A program made the translations under genes and the position numbers. The notes below the pieces were generated by a model. It ran no database searches, was not told the DNA's origin, and saw only the letters and a list, made by a program, of their open reading frames with translations. From contig CAVSNY010000002.1 in NCBI GenBank assembly GCA_963729605.1, forward strand, positions 224,001 to 288,000: 64,000 nucleotides of DNA, given 5' to 3'. The stretch comes from an uncultured Gammaproteobacteria bacterium. Its GTDB lineage: Bacteria > Pseudomonadota > Gammaproteobacteria > DRLM01. Shown here piece by piece: positions 59,228-64,000 of the stretch (position 1 is the first letter of the stretch; every line of letters begins with the position of its first letter).

Positions 59228-59569
59228 ATGAGCCAGACGATGACCTACGACGACCTCTCCCAATTGGCGGGGACTTTCCGCGACACCGGTGGTGTGAGCG
59301 AGGAAAACCGGAGTCTGGGTTTCCGCCCCGCCTTTCTCGATCGCGACAGCGGCCGCTTTCTCATGGCGCGGGATGCCGAGGGCGCGCCGGCGGCGGTGCA
59401 CCAGTTCGATGGTCTGCCCGATGACTGGGTGGTGAGACGCGATCAGACCGGCCGGCCGCTGGCGGTGAAGACCTCGGTGGTGGCCGGTTTCGTCCGCGGC
59501 GGCTGTTTCTACACCCGGGAACAGGCGGCGCAGCTGGTACAGTGGGAGTTGGATAAACGCGCCAGCTGA
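59228..59569 (+). CDS. Hypothetical protein (113 aa)
   Basis: GAGGA RBS; host-like codon usage; globular motif-rich sequence (TGGVS, GFRPAFLD, DGLP, GFVRGGCFYTRE). Confidence 0.8.
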   Translation: MSQTMTYDDLSQLAGTFRDTGGVSEENRSLGFRPAFLDRDSGRFLMARDAEGAPAAVHQFDGLPDDWVVRRDQTGRPLAVKTSVVAGFVRGGCFYTREQAAQLVQWELDKRAS

Positions 59570-59594
59570 ACCGCGGCGCGGAATGCATGGAATA

Positions 59595-59978
59595 TCAGTG
59601 CAGTATTCGCGGCACCGATAAGGTAAAGACCGGGATGTCCGCGTCGAAATGGTTGCCGTCGTCGCCCAGCATCTGATACGTGCCGCGCATCGTGCCCACC
59701 GCCGTATCCAGCACCGCCCCGCTGGTATATTGAAAGGCCTCGCCCGGCCGCAGATAGGGCTGTTCCCCCACCACGCCTTGACCGCGCACCTCCTGCGTCT
59801 TGCCGTTGGCGTCGGTGATGATCCAATGCCGCGAGAGCAGTTTGGCGGGAACCCGTCCCAGATTCTGGATGCTGACCGTATAGGCGAAGACGAAACGATT
59901 CTGCTCGGGAACCGACTGTTCCTCGACGTAGAACGGCTCAACCAAGACTTTGATGCTATAAGAAGAATCGCTGTTCAT
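59595..59978 (-). CDS. apaG: ApaG protein
   Basis: FVFAYTVSI; LLSRHWIITD; GQGVVGEQP; YTSG; GTMRGTY. Confidence 0.95.
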   Translation of the reverse strand: MNSDSSYSIKVLVEPFYVEEQSVPEQNRFVFAYTVSIQNLGRVPAKLLSRHWIITDANGKTQEVRGQGVVGEQPYLRPGEAFQYTSGAVLDTAVGTMRGTYQMLGDDGNHFDADIPVFTLSVPRILH

Positions 59979-60091
59979 GTTGACGGCTACCACCTTCAAT
60001 TTGCGCTTTTTTATGGAGGGAGAAGGATATTAGGTGCGCAACTTTAGAGAAAGTTTAGCACAGGCCTTGTAGGCTGTCCCGGCGGGGTGGT

Positions 60092-62386
60092 TTATTTGGC
60101 GGCGACCTTGCGCACTTGGGCGAGATCGGTTTGGCCTTTGAACATCTTGGTGATGCCGTCCTGCATCAACGTCCGCATGCCTTCTTTCATGGACAGGGCC
60201 TGCAATTCCTCGGCCGTGCCCTTGTGATAAATGAGTTCCTTGATGCCGCGGCTGGACACCAGTAACTCGTGGATGCCGGTGCGGCCCCGATATCCGGTGC
60301 CGTCACAGGCCGGACAACCCGGCGCTTTATAGAGGGTGGCCTTGCCGGGGTCGGGGCAGACCTCGGCGAAATGCTCTTCGCCGTAATAGCGGCGGATCAG
60401 GGTCAGTTCGTCGGCGTCGGGTTGATAGGGCTTTTTGCATTTCTCGCACAAGGTGCGCACCAGCCGCTGCGCCATCACCCCCAGAAACGCGTCGGAAAAA
60501 CTGATGGGGTCGATGCCGAGGTCGAGCAGACGGGTGATGGTCTCCGCCGAGGAGTTGGTGTGCAGGGTGGAGAACACCAAATGGCCGGTGAGCGAGGCCT
60601 CGACGCCGGCCTCGGCGGTTTCCTGGTCGCGCATCTCGCCGATCATGATGACGTCCGGATCGGCGCGCAGAAAGGAACGCAGCGCCGTGGCGAAGGTGAG
60701 CCCCGCCTTCTTGTTCATCTGCACCTGCTGCAAGCCGGGCTGGGTGATTTCCACCGGGTCTTCCGCGGTCCAGATCTTGCGCTCGGGGGTGTTGATGTGG
60801 GCGAGAATGGCGTGCAGGGTGGTGGTCTTGCCCGAACCGGTCGGACCCACCACCAGAAAAATGCCGTGAGGATGTTCCACCAGGGCCTTGGTCTCGCGCA
60901 GCGTGCGCTCGGCGAAGTTGAGCTGCTCGAGCGGCGGCGGTTTGTTCGAAGCCAAGATACGCATCACCACCGATTCGCCGTTGACGGTGGGGATGGTGGC
61001 GACGCGCAGCTCGATGGGTTTGCCTTTGATCTTCACCACGCACTTGCCGTCTTGCGGACGGCGGCGGTCCGAGATGTCCATGCCGGCGGTGATTTTGATG
61101 CGCGAGACCACGGCGCGAATATGGCTGGCCGGTATGGTAAGGCTGCGCTGGCATTGGCCGTCGATGCGGATGCGCACCGAGGACGGCACTTTGCCCTTGC
61201 CGGGTTCGATGTGGATGTCGGAGGCGCGCGCGTTGTAGGATTCACGGATCAACTGATTCACCAGCTGGATGACGGTGGCCTCGTTTTCATCGACCGCGTC
61301 CACTTCCTCGTCGGAGATGCCCTCGACGCCTTCTTCGTTGAGGCGGTCCACCAGTTCGTTGATATCGACCTTGCCGTCGATATTGAGCGGGGTTTCGCCG
61401 AGAAATTGCCGGATGTCTTCGGGCAGCGAGACTTTGAAAATGTAATTGCGGGCGCGCAACACCCGTTGAATTTCCATGAGGCGGCGGTCGTCGGTGGGAT
61501 CGTCGATCAACACCACCACTTCATTGCGGTCGCCTTGAATGGGCACCCAGCATTCTTTTTTGAGATAGGCCTCGTTGATGCCCTTCAGCAGCTCCTTGGG
61601 TATTTCCACTTCCGGGTCGTAGCCCATGTACGGCACTTGGTAGTAGCGTTCCAGCGAGGCGCCGATTTCCGCGGCGCTGAGATTGGCCTCGGTGAGCAGT
61701 AAATGGGTGACCGAGGTGCCTTCCTTGGGCGCGCGCTGTTTGAATTCGTCGAGGCGTTGTTGAGTGAGTTTGTCCGACTGCACCAGATATTCGTAGGGAT
61801 CGCGGGTGCCGCCCAATTCATAACGAAACTGGTTGCCGAGGAAGAAGCCCAATTTGATGGTGTTGCGCAGCTCCGCGTCGGAAAATGCCCCGCCGCCGCG
61901 GCGATTGAGCACTTGGATCACCCCGAACAAGACGTCCTTGGATTTGATGGGCACCACGATCATGGATTGGGTGCGAAAGCCGCTCTTGAGATCGTAGGAC
62001 TTGTCAAACCGCAAATTCGGGTGAATATTGGTCAGTTCCTCGGCGTTGTAGACGTCGGTGATGCGTACCGGTTTTTGATTGAGTCCCACATACCCGGCGA
62101 TGGACGAAGTGGAGAGCGCGACCCGGATTTCCTTGATCTCGCTGCCGCTCTTGTATTTGGAGACCAAGGCCGGCTCGGTGCGCGAGCGCTGGTAGACGGT
62201 GATGCGTTCGGCGTTGAGCAGGGAGAGTAAATCCTCCTCGATTTCCGGCATGACGTCGCGGAAATTGGCGGATTCCTGGATGCGTTGAATGACCGCGTTG
62301 AGCCGAACCTGAAACTCGAGCTGGCGCTTGAGTTGATCCGGATTCAGTTTTCTCTGCGCCTCGTTGCTTCCGTCAGTCATGCTCAT
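60092..62386 (-). CDS. GAF domain-containing GspE/PilB-family secretion ATPase
   Basis: GAF (SIAGYV..FDKSYD..GFRTQSM..GVIQVLN); ASDIHIEP; GPTGSGKTTT; TAEDPVE; LRADPDVIMIGEMRD; CEKC/CPAC. Confidence 0.93.
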   Translation of the reverse strand: MSMTDGSNEAQRKLNPDQLKRQLEFQVRLNAVIQRIQESANFRDVMPEIEEDLLSLLNAERITVYQRSRTEPALVSKYKSGSEIKEIRVALSTSSIAGYVGLNQKPVRITDVYNAEELTNIHPNLRFDKSYDLKSGFRTQSMIVVPIKSKDVLFGVIQVLNRRGGGAFSDAELRNTIKLGFFLGNQFRYELGGTRDPYEYLVQSDKLTQQRLDEFKQRAPKEGTSVTHLLLTEANLSAAEIGASLERYYQVPYMGYDPEVEIPKELLKGINEAYLKKECWVPIQGDRNEVVVLIDDPTDDRRLMEIQRVLRARNYIFKVSLPEDIRQFLGETPLNIDGKVDINELVDRLNEEGVEGISDEEVDAVDENEATVIQLVNQLIRESYNARASDIHIEPGKGKVPSSVRIRIDGQCQRSLTIPASHIRAVVSRIKITAGMDISDRRRPQDGKCVVKIKGKPIELRVATIPTVNGESVVMRILASNKPPPLEQLNFAERTLRETKALVEHPHGIFLVVGPTGSGKTTTLHAILAHINTPERKIWTAEDPVEITQPGLQQVQMNKKAGLTFATALRSFLRADPDVIMIGEMRDQETAEAGVEASLTGHLVFSTLHTNSSAETITRLLDLGIDPISFSDAFLGVMAQRLVRTLCEKCKKPYQPDADELTLIRRYYGEEHFAEVCPDPGKATLYKAPGCPACDGTGYRGRTGIHELLVSSRGIKELIYHKGTAEELQALSMKEGMRTLMQDGITKMFKGQTDLAQVRKVAAK

Positions 62387-62778
62387 CGTTAGCCGTGTCC
62401 ATATCGAATGCGAACGCCGGAGCGAGAGGCGTCCGCCGGCGGGATGTCCCTGTTCACGGCAAAGCGCCGGCACTCTCGAGCGAGGCAGGCTAGGGTTTCG
62501 AAGCATGTCCCCGCACCCCACGGAGGAACGGGGCATCCGTCATTACTCCCACGCTGGGTATCGACTGGGCGGGGGAATGCTTGAACCCGGGTTGGACCGC
62601 CCGTCCCGCGGACACTCGGAGGGTCCTCGTGGTCGGCAAGGCGGGCGGAGTAGGGTTTTGGTTCGATTAACCTGTTGAAGCGTCATAAGAACTTTGCAAG
62701 ACTGGCGATGCCGGGTTGGATCGCTTTCGGCGGGACGGGCATCCCGTTTTTCCGCGAGTTGGATGAAGTAAGGCGAAT

Positions 62779-64000
62779 ATGCTCACACAGATCATTACAC
62801 GGCTCCGCGCAACCTACCGGCGGGTGATTTGGGACGCGGTCCCCGGCCGTCTGTCGTGGCCCCGGCGGGCGGCGGTCAACGCCATGCGCATTATTCAATG
62901 CATCGCCGTCGAGTTGGCGAAAGGCGACCTCACCCTGCGCGCCATGAGTTTGGTGTACACCACCTTGTTGTCCCTGGTGCCGCTCCTGGCGGTGAGTTTT
63001 TCGATGCTGAAGGCCTTCGGCGTCCACAATCAGATCCAGCCCTTGTTGTTGAACGTATTGTCGCCCCTCGGCGAGCAAGGGGGGGAGTTCAGTCGCCGCA
63101 TCATCGATTTCGTGGAAAACGTGGAAGTGGGCGTGCTGGGGTTCTTGGGCCTGGCGATGTTGATCTACATCGTGGTCTCCCTGGTGCAAAAGATCGAGAG
63201 CGCGTTTAACTTCATTTGGCGCATCGACCAGCCCCGCCGTCTGGCGCGGCGTTTCAGCGATTACATGAGCGTAATCCTGGTCGGACCCGTGCTGATGTTT
63301 TCGGCGCTGGGCATCACCGCCGCGGTGATGGGCACGGACCTGGTGCGAAGTCTGGTGGCCGTCGAACCGATCGCGACCCTGGTGGCGATCGCCGGCGCCG
63401 TACTGCCTTATGTGCTGGTGTGCGCCGCCTTCACTTTCATCTATGTCTTCATTCCCAATACCCGGGTGAATTTTTCCGCGGCCCTCACCGGCGGTTTGAT
63501 CGCCGGCGTGTTATGGGAGACCAGCGGCTGGTTGTTCGCGGCCTTCGTGGCGTCGTCCACCCAATACGCCGCCATCTATTCGGGTTTCGCCATCCTCATC
63601 ACCTTCATGATCTGGCTTTATCTCAGCTGGCTGATCGTGCTGCTGGGGGCGCAGATCGCCTATTACCAGCAACACCCGGCCATGCTGAACGTCCGGCCCG
63701 TCGGCGAACCGCTCAGTAACCAGGGCCGGGAACGCCTGGCGATACTGCTCATGACGATGATCGGGTATAACTATTTCCACCGACGCGGGCCGTGGACGCA
63801 GGAACGTTTGGCGCAGGAGCTGGGCGTCATGCCGCGGTCATTGCGATACCTGCTGGATATTTTGGATAAACACGGATTCATCGGCCGGACCGGCGACGAT
63901 CCGCCCGCTTATTATCCGGCGCGGGACATCGAAACCGTCGGCCTTCACGAGTTGCTGGCGGCGGTCCGCCGGGCCGATGCCGCCGAGGAGACTGTGAACG
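62779..64000 (+). CDS. YihY/BrkB family membrane protein with C-terminal winged helix (runs off the window)
   Basis: Not in the ORF track. Manual translation: MLTQII..LRAMSLVYTTLLSLVPLLAVSFS..IESAFNFIW..YAAIYSGFA..WLIVLLGAQI. Confidence 0.9.
   Translation, partial: MLTQIITRLRATYRRVIWDAVPGRLSWPRRAAVNAMRIIQCIAVELAKGDLTLRAMSLVYTTLLSLVPLLAVSFSMLKAFGVHNQIQPLLLNVLSPLGEQGGEFSRRIIDFVENVEVGVLGFLGLAMLIYIVVSLVQKIESAFNFIWRIDQPRRLARRFSDYMSVILVGPVLMFSALGITAAVMGTDLVRSLVAVEPIATLVAIAGAVLPYVLVCAAFTFIYVFIPNTRVNFSAALTGGLIAGVLWETSGWLFAAFVASSTQYAAIYSGFAILITFMIWLYLSWLIVLLGAQIAYYQQHPAMLNVRPVGEPLSNQGRERLAILLMTMIGYNYFHRRGPWTQERLAQELGVMPRSLRYLLDILDKHGFIGRTGDDPPAYYPARDIETVGLHELLAAVRRADAAEETVN

Overview
High-GC gammaproteobacterial chromosome segment. 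A sulfur-oxidising chemolithotroph is plausible, inferred only from a stand-alone Sat and a BigR/SqrR-like regulator. Most of the window is core genes: rlmJ, hslVU, ubiE-ubiJ-ubiB, hemCDXY, argH, cyaA, ctpA-envC-gpmI, yibN-secB-gpsA, murU, moeB, arginase-rocD and apaG. These are interspersed with orphan signalling genes: a PAS kinase, two GGDEF proteins, a SadB-like YbaK-HDOD protein, PilZ, and GAF-GspE and ExeA-type ATPases. I see no rRNA, tRNA, CRISPR array, prophage or transposase. The most interesting signals are non-coding or tiny and are missed by the ORF track. (1) A complete promoter / leaderless leader-peptide / antiterminator / terminator attenuator lies upstream of an EamA/DMT exporter. 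(2) A lambda-like switch: an XRE repressor faces a divergent CsrA/RsmN-like gene driven by a perfect TTGACA-16-TATAAT promoter clamped by an inverted-repeat operator. (3) A candidate GGA-rich CsrA-sponge RNA. (4) A proline-rich uORF upstream of an mgtC/SapB gene. (5) A low-GC NucS-like/DUF5655 nuclease gene flanked by GTAG-type REP hairpins. (6) Several MITE/REP elements, one nested in another. All functional interpretations come from manual reading and are untested.
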